64,000 nucleotides of DNA, taken from positions 64,001 to 128,000 of IMG/VR virus record IMGVR_UViG_3300045391_000822; one strand, 5' to 3'. The position numbers and the translations under genes are program-made. This DNA comes from a virus. The notes under the pieces are model-generated. The model ran no database searches. It saw only the letters and a list, made by a program, of their open reading frames with translations, and had not been told where the DNA came from. Shown in pieces: positions 34,664 through 44,180 of the stretch (position 1 is the first letter of the stretch; every line of letters begins with the position of its first letter).

Positions 34664-35200
34664 TTAACTCCCATAAGTACCTTCGGTAAGTGTCTGTAGA
34701 TTAAGATCGGACCAGTTAAGGCTCTTTCTCACATACGCTAGACCGTCGTTGGGAGCATCGGCGATGCCGCCACCCCCTCCAGTCTTCAGCGATATCACGC
34801 AGAACGTGTCGTTGGTTTGAGAAGGGGTAGTCAGGACAATGCTTGATCCTGATTGGGTGTACGCAGTAATTTGTGCCGCATTTCGGTACACCCGCGGCGT
34901 TTGAAGACCTGCGGTTGGGAGCACCGTGGTTCCTGCATTTGGTGCCCAGCAGTAAACAATGGCTGCATCAAAAATAAGATCGGATAGTGTAAGGTAAGGC
35001 AGAACTCGACGCCAGGTTCCCATAGTGCCTACCATGAACAAGCCATTGACATAGGTCCCTACGTCTTTGACAAGTGCCACAGCAGGATAAACACCAGTTG
35101 AACCTGGAGTCAGATCGTCTACTACCGGAGCAGACTGCAATACCTGAGCACCACTACCCTGCGCCATCGTTATCGGATAGTACAAGACTTTTTCTATCAT
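34664..35200 (-). CDS. Fibre base protein with fibritin foldon
   Basis: GGGGIADAPNDGLAYVRKSLNW matches the T4 wac foldon (IPEAPRDGQAYVRKDGEW); ends LTEGTYGS. Confidence 0.7.
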   Translation of the reverse strand: MIEKVLYYPITMAQGSGAQVLQSAPVVDDLTPGSTGVYPAVALVKDVGTYVNGLFMVGTMGTWRRVLPYLTLSDLIFDAAIVYCWAPNAGTTVLPTAGLQTPRVYRNAAQITAYTQSGSSIVLTTPSQTNDTFCVISLKTGGGGGIADAPNDGLAYVRKSLNWSDLNLQTLTEGTYGS

Positions 35201-35283
35201 AGCTTCTCCTTGGTGTCAGGAGGGAAGGGCTATGATTCACTGCTGACCAATCGATGATGGTCAATCTTTGCCCCTGGAGACTT

Positions 35284-35958
35284 CTAGTCCACAGTAGACA
35301 TATTCCGTTGGAAGAACCGTGTCTTCATTGCGCTTTCAAAAGGTAGAATCGATGCTGAACGCCATACATCTTTGATTGCAGAAGACCTACCTATGAGGAT
35401 CAACAGGTTATGGGATTCACGTATATCCTCGTACTGAGATACGACCTCGGCAGGCACTTCATAGATATCCTTGCCTTGGACGTAGATGAATCGCGTTTCG
35501 TATTTCTGCGATAAGGATTGCCACAGCCTGTTAGCGGCAGGAGTTTGGAGTCCACTAGACAGGAAACAAACGTCACTGTCCAACGCCCATTGGTATAGGC
35601 TCTTAGCAATGCCGCGCCCTTGGTACTCTAGAGATACTGCCATATGTGGTGTCCATACCTTTCCTCGGAGTAGGGCAGTGCCAGGTTCTAACTCTAGTAT
35701 GGTGACCACGTTGGTTGTACCGGGTTCAGCAAGATAGACGAATTTCGATTTACGGGAATCTCCGTCTAGCTTCCGATCGAACGCGTAAAGGTCTAGTCCT
35801 TGGATTTCAGTAGTAGGTGCAGGCTTAGGATTCAATCTTGCCAGGGCAGAAGACGCCTTTCTCAGGTCTTTCAACACCGACCAATTCGATTTCCAGGGAC
35901 CGATTTCGATAGCATCGATTTCAGTTACGGCTAGAACGCGTTCAGCTATTGCGCTCAT
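35284..35958 (-). CDS. GNAT-family acetyltransferase
   Basis: VSLEYQGRGIAKSLY (motif A) and QTPAANRLWQSL (motif B). Confidence 0.75.
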   Translation of the reverse strand: MSAIAERVLAVTEIDAIEIGPWKSNWSVLKDLRKASSALARLNPKPAPTTEIQGLDLYAFDRKLDGDSRKSKFVYLAEPGTTNVVTILELEPGTALLRGKVWTPHMAVSLEYQGRGIAKSLYQWALDSDVCFLSSGLQTPAANRLWQSLSQKYETRFIYVQGKDIYEVPAEVVSQYEDIRESHNLLILIGRSSAIKDVWRSASILPFESAMKTRFFQRNMSTVD

Positions 35959-36008
35959 TGGTGTTCCTTTTTCTTCTTAGTTAAGTCACCGACATGCGAT
36001 GTACTACT

Positions 36009-36323
36009 CTAATGATGCTCACGCCCTCGTAGGTGCGCGTGTCTCGCATCGTGGTGGCCTCGACATAGGCACATCAGATTCGATAATGCGTTCCGACCAC
36101 CACGACTTAATGGTACTATGTGGTGCACCTCTACCGCAGGTGATGTACAGCCTCGGTGCTCACATCTGTTACCAGCCCTCTTCATAGCCTGCGCACGTAA
36201 GTCCCACCATGCACCTGCTTTAGTTTGGCCACCAACGGTGTTGTACGCGGAGAAGTTCATCCTACGGTAGGTACCACTATGTGCGGTTCGAGCACTCTTA
36301 GCTCTAGGTGCACCACGTGCCAT
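36009..36323 (-). CDS. HNH endonuclease
   Basis: C...C...EVHHIVPLSRGGRNALSNLMCLCRGHH. Confidence 0.85.
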   Translation of the reverse strand: MARGAPRAKSARTAHSGTYRRMNFSAYNTVGGQTKAGAWWDLRAQAMKRAGNRCEHRGCTSPAVEVHHIVPLSRGGRNALSNLMCLCRGHHDARHAHLRGREHH

Positions 36324-37666
36324 TACTGTTCCTTCGTATCTTGTTTCTCTGCGAGGTGCTTAACTATCAGTTCGATCTGTTCGTCACTAAGTTGAGCAGT
36401 CTTCAGGTGCTCCGCCCAGGCGCTTATCAGCTTCTCCAACATCTTTGTATCACCGTCTTCTACGGAAGCATTCAGCTCCGCAGATGAGAAGATGGACTTA
36501 GCAGCACCACTCAGAAACTTCAGGAAGTCCGATGCCATTACCAATCCAATAAGAGGCAGGACTGGACCTGAAGCACCAACCAACGCAAGAGCACAGGCAA
36601 TGGCTAAGCCTTTACCGAAGGACTTCACAGCCTTAGCTGTACCCTTGGTAAGTTTCTTACCAGCCTTCAGGTTCTTCATCGCTCCCTTAGTTTCCCGCCA
36701 GTTGTCATCATCCCAATCATCGTCGTCCATAAGATCTTTAGCGATCTTTTTCTTATTCGACTTGAGCTTATCTGACCCGGCTGTTCGTGCCTTACTACCA
36801 GCATCGGCACCACCGTTCTTGAAGAATGATTTCTCTGTACCGCTGAGCTTCTGAAAGAAACGTTGAAGCTTCTTAGCTAAACGATCAGTGAACGTCCGTT
36901 TGAAGAAGTGTCGACCTGGAGCTATCGAATCACCATACTTATCGAGGAGTTCGTTCTCTTCCCCAATCAGTTTTTCCTTGGTAGCAGGATCAGCCTTCTT
37001 CTGCTTCTTACGAAGTTCTGCTATTCGTTCACGTGCCTCTAGTTCATCTGAAGACAGGTCTTCATCATCTAAGGTGTGCTCTTCGTATTCAGTGTCGTCA
37101 GGTACCCAGCCTTCGTCAGTACTGAATCCTTCACGGTCTTTCAAATGGTCAGGATCATCACGAGGACCTGAATCCTTAGGTCCGTCCTTGGTTAGAGTAC
37201 GTACCGCCTTAGGATGTTTCTCCATCAAGTCCCGGTACTTCAATTCAGCTTCGTCTGCTGCGTCTTCCCATTTGCGTTTCTTCTTCGGATCCTTTTCCTT
37301 ATCAGCACGAGCCTGGAACTCATTCTGTAGGTCAAGGAGATCGTCCATATCGGATCGAGCTTCCTTCTCTTCGTCAGAGAGGTTCTTCTTATCCTGGGGC
37401 AATGCTTCATGGTCCCCTGGCTTGGTCAGAGGCTCATCGGCATCTTGCTCTTCTTGAGAGTCTTCTTGGGATTCATCGAAGTCCTCACCTGACTCGTCAA
37501 GATCCTTAGAGGGTTCTTCGGGATTCTCAGCTTCATCGTCTTCCGGATGGTCTGTCGCAGACTTACCATACTTGGAGCCTGGGTGCTCCTTCAGGTATTT
37601 CTCCTGATGCCTCGAACTCAGTTCGTCCCACCAGTTGGTGGCTAACACACGGTTTGCAAAATCCAT
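36323..37666 (-). CDS. Charged virion-cargo candidate with C-terminal hydrophobic hairpin
   Basis: MDFANRVLA tag, WW...YLKEHPGSKY domain, acidic/basic middle, GLAIACALALVGASGPVLPLIGLVM hydrophobic segment. Confidence 0.7.
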   Translation of the reverse strand: MDFANRVLATNWWDELSSRHQEKYLKEHPGSKYGKSATDHPEDDEAENPEEPSKDLDESGEDFDESQEDSQEEQDADEPLTKPGDHEALPQDKKNLSDEEKEARSDMDDLLDLQNEFQARADKEKDPKKKRKWEDAADEAELKYRDLMEKHPKAVRTLTKDGPKDSGPRDDPDHLKDREGFSTDEGWVPDDTEYEEHTLDDEDLSSDELEARERIAELRKKQKKADPATKEKLIGEENELLDKYGDSIAPGRHFFKRTFTDRLAKKLQRFFQKLSGTEKSFFKNGGADAGSKARTAGSDKLKSNKKKIAKDLMDDDDWDDDNWRETKGAMKNLKAGKKLTKGTAKAVKSFGKGLAIACALALVGASGPVLPLIGLVMASDFLKFLSGAAKSIFSSAELNASVEDGDTKMLEKLISAWAEHLKTAQLSDEQIELIVKHLAEKQDTKEQ

Positions 37667-37699
37667 TGTTCTACCTTTAGATTCTTATTCTAAACTGGG

Positions 37700-38371
37700 C
37701 TACCAACCAGCATGCTCTGGATCTAGAGCAGGAATAGCTTTCCGCTTGAACGGGTTAACCGACATCACTATAGTCGTTCGCCATTCTGGACCCCACGGCT
37801 TGTTATTCCTATACCAGGTCTGGATATCCTTATCCCAGTAGTTCCAGATCTTCCAGCCCAGGTTGTAGCTACCCCACTTACCGTCAAGCGAGATGTTCCA
37901 ATATCCCTTGCTAGAAGTGGCGATAAACAAACCATAGCCAGTACCTGTATCACCTGGTACCCACTTGAATTTATTGATCGCCCATTCCGATTTATCAACC
38001 GGTATACCTAGAACGTAGTAGGAGAACGAGTATCCTGAGTTCCGATTAAGCCATCGCCATTGGTAGTATTTGCGTTTCCAGTAGCTAGGTAGATTAGTTG
38101 GACTGTAGGTGTCCCTATCCACGAAGTATGGACTAGTCCAACCTGTATCCAATGAAGCATCAAACGTCTCGAACCATTTGAACGCCGTAGGTAGGTCTTC
38201 AACTATGCCACGCCATTTTGCATCTAGCTTATCGTAGAGCCAAGTGCCTTGGGGAACTGGTCGAGCAAGAAAGATGATCCACCAATTAACCAGGAGTACG
38301 CACACCAGGTTGAACACGAAGTCCAGGGGCCACAGGAGCATCCACTTCAACGTCTGTAGAAAGTATTTCAT
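37700..38371 (-). CDS. Trp-rich phage membrane-associated hypothetical protein
   Basis: N-terminal TM; LPTAFKWFETFDASLD...WRWLNRNSGYSF motif. Confidence 0.7.
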   Translation of the reverse strand: MKYFLQTLKWMLLWPLDFVFNLVCVLLVNWWIIFLARPVPQGTWLYDKLDAKWRGIVEDLPTAFKWFETFDASLDTGWTSPYFVDRDTYSPTNLPSYWKRKYYQWRWLNRNSGYSFSYYVLGIPVDKSEWAINKFKWVPGDTGTGYGLFIATSSKGYWNISLDGKWGSYNLGWKIWNYWDKDIQTWYRNNKPWGPEWRTTIVMSVNPFKRKAIPALDPEHAGW

Positions 38372-38572
38372 TTAGTCCTCTTCTCGACAGTCCATCACAT
38401 CATCATCTTCAAGTGGTGCTCCACAAGGCTTCTGTCCTGAGTTCTGCCTTGAGTTCTTAGTTCTTTGGCAGAGCCTATTCCACTCGATGACTATTTCATC
38501 TATTAACTTCTGGTGTTCATCAGATACTTCGGGAGTAGGAACCTGCAGGTTGGTCATCAACACCTCGAACAT
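38372..38572 (-). CDS. Hypothetical protein
   Basis: 66 aa abutting the next gene. Confidence 0.5.
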   Translation of the reverse strand: MFEVLMTNLQVPTPEVSDEHQKLIDEIVIEWNRLCQRTKNSRQNSGQKPCGAPLEDDDVMDCREED

Positions 38573-38601
38573 CTAAGAATACATCGAACTAGCACCGTCA
38601 G

Positions 38602-38649
38602 CCTACCTAGAGATCCTACAGAATAGGGCTAAGAGGCTAGGGGTTGAAA
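38602..38649 (-). promoter_or_regulatory. Sigma70-like promoter, copy 1 of a duplicated element
   Basis: Minus strand TTTCAA-N18-TATTCT; 31/35 identical core with 49153-49187. Confidence 0.5.
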
Positions 38650-38706
38650 TTGGTTAGGAGCTCATTTCCTGTACTGTCAGAAGGATCTATAGACTTACAA
38701 GAGGTC

Positions 38707-39441
38707 CTAACTCTTCCGTAGAATACGGTTTGCAGTAGCCTTAGCTACGTTAGTCCCAGATAGCGTCTTTTGGGACGCCGCTTGTTTAGGTTCAATAGGT
38801 TGCACTGGTTCCACAGGTTCGATTGGATCTACAGGCGCCTGCGGTTGCTCACCTTTAGGCAACTCTGGTAGACCGTTACCAGAAGTAGCACCAGTCTTAA
38901 TCCTACGGACTACACGACTCTTGAGGAACTCAGCTTCAATTTCCTTGAATAGCTCAGGAGCCCATTCAGTGGCATCTTGCATTTCCGTAGGTGAAGAGCC
39001 TTGGCCCATCGCATCCGGAGAAACAGAACTGTAGATAGTGTCGTCACCGTGTACCACTTCTTCTACAGGATCAGGACGGTCAATAACGCCAGGCGTATTC
39101 TCCTCATCCTGTGTATCGTATGTGTCAGGAGCACCACCTTCGCCAGGGTCCAGGTCTGGTGCATCATCACCTTGACTGGTATTCAAGTCAGAGGCACCGA
39201 TTCTTGAGGCCCGGATATCACGTAATGCAAAGTAGGCAGCAACACGAGTTACTGCTGCCGTTACCAACGGATTCTTGTCTGCTGATGACGTCATCTTCTG
39301 GTAGATGTAGTTGGTGAGCGCCCAATTCTGTTCGCCTTTATCTTTACCAGCTGCATCCTTGGCACGGTCCCATTTCTTTTCCAATTGCTTGGTACTACCT
39401 TTGCCCTCTCGAGCATCCTTCTTAATCATCTGGTTAGGCAT
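38707..39441 (-). CDS. Acidic head-associated protein with small N-terminal helical domain
   Basis: MPNQM...LEKKWDRAKDAA...NWALTNYIYQKM (ChaB-like pattern); AGGAG SD. Confidence 0.65.
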   Translation of the reverse strand: MPNQMIKKDAREGKGSTKQLEKKWDRAKDAAGKDKGEQNWALTNYIYQKMTSSADKNPLVTAAVTRVAAYFALRDIRASRIGASDLNTSQGDDAPDLDPGEGGAPDTYDTQDEENTPGVIDRPDPVEEVVHGDDTIYSSVSPDAMGQGSSPTEMQDATEWAPELFKEIEAEFLKSRVVRRIKTGATSGNGLPELPKGEQPQAPVDPIEPVEPVQPIEPKQAASQKTLSGTNVAKATANRILRKS

Positions 39442-39470
39442 GAGCCTCTCCTATGAATTGCCTACACAGA

Positions 39471-39500
39471 AACCCCACCCGAAGTTAATCGAATGGGGTT
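39471..39500 (-). terminator. Possible terminator after the Ig-domain gene
   Basis: AACCCCA...TGGGGTT inverted repeat followed by TCT on the minus strand. Confidence 0.4.
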
Positions 39501-39588
39501 CCTTTACTTCATTGGATTCAACGGTAGTACAGGTTGTTAAAGAGCGAACCTCGAGATCTTCTAAGAATACTAGAAGATCTCCGGGGTC

Positions 39589-40584
39589 TTAGCTAACAGT
39601 CACTGTGTAGCCGCTGGAGGTCTTGCCGCCGAACGCAGCAGTGATGCTGGTCGTACCAGCAGCAACACCAGTAACCAAACCAGTGGCAGAGCCGACAGTA
39701 GCGTTAGCCGGAGTACCAGACACCCAGGTAGCTTGGGTGGTCACATCGGCCGTCAACGGAGCGATGTTGTAGTTCGCAGTTGCCGTCAGCTGAGTCGTGT
39801 TACCAACAGTGGTAGTGTTAGTACCGGTGATGGTAATGGTCTGGACAGCGCGGGCTGCGGTAACGGTGAACGCCGTTGGAGCGGAGGTCACGCTGTTCAA
39901 CGAAGCAGTGATGTTGGCGGAACCAACAGCAACACCGGTTACGACACCAGTGGCAGCACCCACGGTAGCGGTGCCAGTAGCCGATGAAGCCCAGGCAGCA
40001 GTAGTCGTGATGTTCTGCGTAGTACCGTTACTGTAGTGGCCGGTGGCAGTCAGCGAAGACGTGGCGCCAACAGCAGCGGTTGCAGTACCCGTAATGGTGA
40101 TCGAGGTCAACACAGCAGCAGTAACTGTGACGTTATGTGCTGAGGAGGTAACGCTACCCACGGCAGCGGTAATCGAGCTAGAGCCGGTAGCAACACCAGT
40201 CACAACACCCGCAGCAACCGTAGCCGATGCAGTGGTTCCACTCACCCAGGTAGCACTCGACGTGATATCGGCAGTGCTATTGTCATCGTAGGTGCCGGTA
40301 GCGACAAGCGTAACCGTTTGACCAGCAGCAACCGTAGTAGCACCAGTCACTGCGATAGACACAAGCACTTTCTCATCTGTGGGTGATCCCGGGAAACCAT
40401 CAGGCAGAATATCTGCGTAGGCTTGGCCCATCGTGATAGTGCTGAGTTTCAAGGGGTAGTTCAGGCGTGCATATTGCACGTAGTACCATTGATCTTGGGC
40501 AGTCCAATTCGAACCGTTAGCAGACATGGTGTAACCAGCGGCACGCAGGTCGGCGCGAAGTTGGTCGTAATTGATTTGAGTCAT
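39589..40584 (-). CDS. Ig-like (Big_2) triple-domain virion surface protein
   Basis: Three repeats of SIxVTG...LxATGxY...DITxxATWxS...ATV...GVVTGVAxGxxxITA. Confidence 0.85.
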   Translation of the reverse strand: MTQINYDQLRADLRAAGYTMSANGSNWTAQDQWYYVQYARLNYPLKLSTITMGQAYADILPDGFPGSPTDEKVLVSIAVTGATTVAAGQTVTLVATGTYDDNSTADITSSATWVSGTTASATVAAGVVTGVATGSSSITAAVGSVTSSAHNVTVTAAVLTSITITGTATAAVGATSSLTATGHYSNGTTQNITTTAAWASSATGTATVGAATGVVTGVAVGSANITASLNSVTSAPTAFTVTAARAVQTITITGTNTTTVGNTTQLTATANYNIAPLTADVTTQATWVSGTPANATVGSATGLVTGVAAGTTSITAAFGGKTSSGYTVTVS

Positions 40585-40662
40585 CTTGATCTCCGGAAGT
40601 AAAGGACTGGAGCACCCACCTTCTGTTGAGTAGAGTGGTATAACGGTGGGGCACTGCAGACA

Positions 40663-40671
40663 ATAAAATTG
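40663..40671 (-). promoter_or_regulatory. Putative late promoter motif (CAATTTTAT)
   Basis: 79 nt upstream of the Ig-domain gene. Confidence 0.6.
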
Positions 40672-40707
40672 AGTTCTCTGGATACCTTGAGGTGTTCTAA
40701 GAGGAGT

Positions 40708-41208
40708 CTAGCAATGGTCTTTAAACGCTGGATCCTCTCGAAGACCCCTCATTATGTTCTCCGCACTAGGACCCTCTTGTTCTACAGTTTGCTGAACCCG
40801 CTTGTAGAGTTCTGCATCTATGATGTCCTCTAAGGATTCTAGGTCTAGGTGAACAACTTCGTGTTCGATCTGGATCTTTGCGTATCGGATCCACCATAGG
40901 TAGTGCTGGCGTATATCGAATTCCAGAAGAGTCAGAGGTGTTCCAAATAGGTCGAATACGATCTCTCGGAACACCTGGAAGTGACTACGTACCTGCTGTT
41001 CACCACAAGCCTGGTGGTCCAACATGAACACAGTGAGGGCCCTGCGAATAAGAAAGGTGTCTACTATATGGAAACGGGGTCCACTAGACATGAGTGTATC
41101 TAGAAGTGCCTTGTATATCTTAATCCTCAGACGGAGCCCCTTGGATACCGCATCTGTGTAGAGCCCTAGGACAGTCTCGGTTGCCAAAGCAGTTCCTACG
41201 ATAGACAT
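40708..41208 (-). CDS. Hypothetical protein
   Basis: 166 aa, AAGGAG SD. Confidence 0.65.
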   Translation of the reverse strand: MSIVGTALATETVLGLYTDAVSKGLRLRIKIYKALLDTLMSSGPRFHIVDTFLIRRALTVFMLDHQACGEQQVRSHFQVFREIVFDLFGTPLTLLEFDIRQHYLWWIRYAKIQIEHEVVHLDLESLEDIIDAELYKRVQQTVEQEGPSAENIMRGLREDPAFKDHC

Positions 41209-41259
41209 GGCTACTCCTTTTCCCAGGACCTAACTACTCGAAGAGACTATTCGAAGAAG

Positions 41260-41859
41260 CTATTCAATAGCCTGACTAGATTTGAAGTCAAATGGTGCAG
41301 CATATGGCTCCCATTGCGTACCGAGGCCTTTGTGGAACCGAACCATCTGTGGATGGTCTCTACGGTTAGGAGCGAACACCTGTTGGTATCGTACCGCAAG
41401 AGCCTGACGTTCCGGCTGATCGGTATCCCGTATCTCCTTGTAGATCTGTCCGCGTAATGCTGCAACCTTCTCAGATAAGGCATAACCAGCAGACGATCGT
41501 CCTACGTCGAATGCTTGCTCCGCTTGGAATTCCAAGGCCCGAAGTTCCTGAACTAGTTGGTCTAGCTGAGTGGTATCGGTTACCTTGAGGTTCTTCAGCG
41601 AATAGGACCAACCGCTATTCGTAGCACGATCCCACACTGCGAGTTCCTGGTCACCTACGGTACACCGGATACCTTTAGAACACGTATCGTCTACAGGCAT
41701 CACCTGGTACTTCTTCTGGAACTGCACTTCCTGATCTCGAACAAACTGCTCCCATTCGGATTGGTCTCGAAACGTCACCTTAGGGAACCCACCTAGATCG
41801 GGTATTCCTGTAGGTTCAGATAGAGCTAGAACAGCGTGTAGACGTTGAGCAAAATTCAT
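41260..41859 (-). CDS. Hypothetical protein with N-terminal FAQRL tag
   Basis: Starts MNFAQRLHAVLALS. Confidence 0.7.
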   Translation of the reverse strand: MNFAQRLHAVLALSEPTGIPDLGGFPKVTFRDQSEWEQFVRDQEVQFQKKYQVMPVDDTCSKGIRCTVGDQELAVWDRATNSGWSYSLKNLKVTDTTQLDQLVQELRALEFQAEQAFDVGRSSAGYALSEKVAALRGQIYKEIRDTDQPERQALAVRYQQVFAPNRRDHPQMVRFHKGLGTQWEPYAAPFDFKSSQAIE

Positions 41860-41899
41860 ATAGTTCTCGATGTTCTTGATGGACTCAGTAGGTGTGACA

Positions 41900-41931
41900 G
41901 GTGGTGTAGACGTGTCCTCGTCTACACCACC
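41900..41931 (-). terminator. Strong hairpin downstream of the A1-like gene
   Basis: GGTGGTGTAGACG-TGTCCT-CGTCTACACCACC, 13-bp perfect stem. Confidence 0.6.
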
Positions 41932-41964
41932 GGATTCCCCTAGTCTAGGCTATTAAGCTCTTTC

Positions 41965-43665
41965 TTAGGCTCTCCACTTACCATCCCACATGGTGACGAT
42001 AGCACGACTACCATTAGGATAGGTTACGATGTGGCTATGACTCCAGGACGAAGGACCCACGTTGTACCCCATATCTAGAGAGCCGCTAACGCCCGCGACG
42101 TAAACACCATCGATAATACAGGCGCTATGCGAGTGTCCGATGTTGGCACGACGACCCATCTTAGATAGTGCAAGCGGTGTACCTTTCACACCGTTAGGGC
42201 CTAGGTGTCCGTGCATACCGCATTCGATACCCTCATCCTGTGATCGGCATATCACGAAGGACTCATCCTGACGTAGGAACTGTGCATCACATTGGGGATC
42301 AGATTGCTGTACCGCCCATTCCACTACGTGATGAGATTCTGCTGCTTCTATCTGTCCGATTACATAGAGCTGAGCACTTAAGTAGAACTTGGCATTCACG
42401 GGGTCGGTACGCCAATCCGTATCCTTCAACCAACGGAGTAGAGCGTTGTCATGGTTGGAATCAACCACCACAGTCTTACACCAGGATCTCGAACTCTCCT
42501 GCAGAAACTGTGCCACGCGTTCCACTTCTTGGGCAACCTTATCCTCACCATACATAGCGAGTTGGAATTGCTTATGAGGATCACGTCGATCATGGTGATT
42601 GCGGGAGCGGAAATCCAGTAGGTCGTGCATGAACTGGTATTTCGGTTTAAGCACGTCTAGCATGCCGCCGGTAGCCCAGGCCATATCACGAACACGAGGA
42701 TCTAACTGTGCGACGTGTACGTCACCCCAGGTAATGGCTTCGATCGGTGTACCTACGATAACCTCACCGTCTTTAACCATCACGTTCAGATCGTAGATAG
42801 TACCAACCTGATCCGACACCAGCTGACGTACAAACCAGCGGCCAGCACTATCTACCTCTACGAGAAGGCCACCGTAGGAATGGTGATGTTCTGCACGCAA
42901 CCCCGCTTTCTTCTGGATGTAGTTGATCTGGGTGATGGTGCCGGTAGTGTAGTTGAACTTGGTAGCCTCTGCCTTACCTGATGCAACGCTTTCCATACTC
43001 AGCTTGGCATGGGGGAAGATACCACTCTTACGTCCGGTGTAGGTTTCGAAGCCAGACAGAGGACGAACAGCAGTAGGTATGGTGTTCATCCGACCACACC
43101 AAATCAGACCTGGAGCGAGCTCCATATTCTGATCCGATTTCTCCAGAAGCGGTAGCACTAGAGGATCATACCACAGCTTCTGCTCGATACCCTTGAAGGT
43201 CTTGTTCTTAACCGCCATCGGACCGTAGGCGTTGGTGTTGTAGGAGTAGGACGCACACAGGATCTCCGCCTTGTAGTATTTGGCTAGAGCTGTGAGTGCT
43301 GCCCACACCTTCTTGTTAACCTTGGTGTTATTCTGCGCTGATGTGAGGATCCACCGACGTACAGCCTTACCGCGTGGTAAATCAATCTGCTCTATCTTGG
43401 TAGGACTTAGTTGTCCCTCTGCAATGGGTTTGTGGCCTTCTAAGCCTGCGCGTTTAACGTGACTACGAACAGTAGATCTAGAAAGACCTAGTGCGTCAGC
43501 GGTTGCTTGTGCGTTACCACCAAGGTTTAGGTACGCCTGTACCACCTCGGAATTGCGGTAGCCATGTTCGTGCTGATTTAGCTTTCGGTCCCGTGCTTCA
43601 GGAACAAATAGTTCGTGGCTATCTGCCTTTGAAGTCTTCGGTTGGAGGCTACGTTTCTTTCCCAT
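41965..43665 (-). CDS. T5 A1-like calcineurin-type metallophosphoesterase/nuclease with N-terminal HTH
   Basis: HTH (NAQATADALGLSRSTV); TSAQNNT, NYIQKKAG...HH, GDVH, HDLLD, SNHD, MHGH and GHSH motifs; about 560 aa like T5 A1. Confidence 0.75.
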   Translation of the reverse strand: MGKKRSLQPKTSKADSHELFVPEARDRKLNQHEHGYRNSEVVQAYLNLGGNAQATADALGLSRSTVRSHVKRAGLEGHKPIAEGQLSPTKIEQIDLPRGKAVRRWILTSAQNNTKVNKKVWAALTALAKYYKAEILCASYSYNTNAYGPMAVKNKTFKGIEQKLWYDPLVLPLLEKSDQNMELAPGLIWCGRMNTIPTAVRPLSGFETYTGRKSGIFPHAKLSMESVASGKAEATKFNYTTGTITQINYIQKKAGLRAEHHHSYGGLLVEVDSAGRWFVRQLVSDQVGTIYDLNVMVKDGEVIVGTPIEAITWGDVHVAQLDPRVRDMAWATGGMLDVLKPKYQFMHDLLDFRSRNHHDRRDPHKQFQLAMYGEDKVAQEVERVAQFLQESSRSWCKTVVVDSNHDNALLRWLKDTDWRTDPVNAKFYLSAQLYVIGQIEAAESHHVVEWAVQQSDPQCDAQFLRQDESFVICRSQDEGIECGMHGHLGPNGVKGTPLALSKMGRRANIGHSHSACIIDGVYVAGVSGSLDMGYNVGPSSWSHSHIVTYPNGSRAIVTMWDGKWRA

Positions 43666-43751
43666 GGGATCATCCTATCGCACCTATGGAGGTGCTTACC
43701 TCTATGCTCTGCCGATGAAAGGGTATCACCGGGACTATCTGGTGCTTCAGA

Positions 43752-44171
43752 CTATTCAATCACTAGTGTGAACGGTTGATCTCCTAGCAGTTGCATGAAC
43801 TTGGTAAGTGCATTGCGGCTTGAAAGGATAGCAGGTTGGCCTTCTAGAACACCAGTAGATAGACCTAGGAGTATGCAGCCCTCGATATCGGAGTGGAACC
43901 CCTTAGACGTATCACCGCCGAAGTTACCGCTGTGGATCAGAATGTTGGCACGGCCCGGAACGTCTTGCACTCCATAGATGTGGCCGAACTTGGGACTCTG
44001 TACGATCTGAACTTGGTAGGTGCCTGGAGGAATACAGCTAACCTGGGAGTGGTTATCACGCCACGGGCATTCTAAGGTATGGCACGTCCAATCTAAAGAC
44101 GGTATGGTTAAGGTACCGAACGTACCGGTGTCACCTGATGGGGTGCGATGAATGTGAACTTCAATAGACAT
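43752..44171 (-). CDS. DUF5675 family protein (candidate peptidoglycan peptidase)
   Basis: GTFGTL...HTLECPWRDN...SCIPPGTY...VPGRANILIHSGN...DIEGCILLG. Confidence 0.8.
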   Translation of the reverse strand: MSIEVHIHRTPSGDTGTFGTLTIPSLDWTCHTLECPWRDNHSQVSCIPPGTYQVQIVQSPKFGHIYGVQDVPGRANILIHSGNFGGDTSKGFHSDIEGCILLGLSTGVLEGQPAILSSRNALTKFMQLLGDQPFTLVIE

Positions 44172-44180
44172 AGCTACCTC

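Noticed and set aside
33271-35200. Diversity-generating retroelement target in fibre genes
   Set aside because: No TR/VR repeat pair or reverse transcriptase in the window.
36009-36323. HNH as a mobile intron or homing element
   Set aside because: Short stand-alone HNH without a DNA-binding extension or interrupted host gene; more like packaging-associated HNH proteins.
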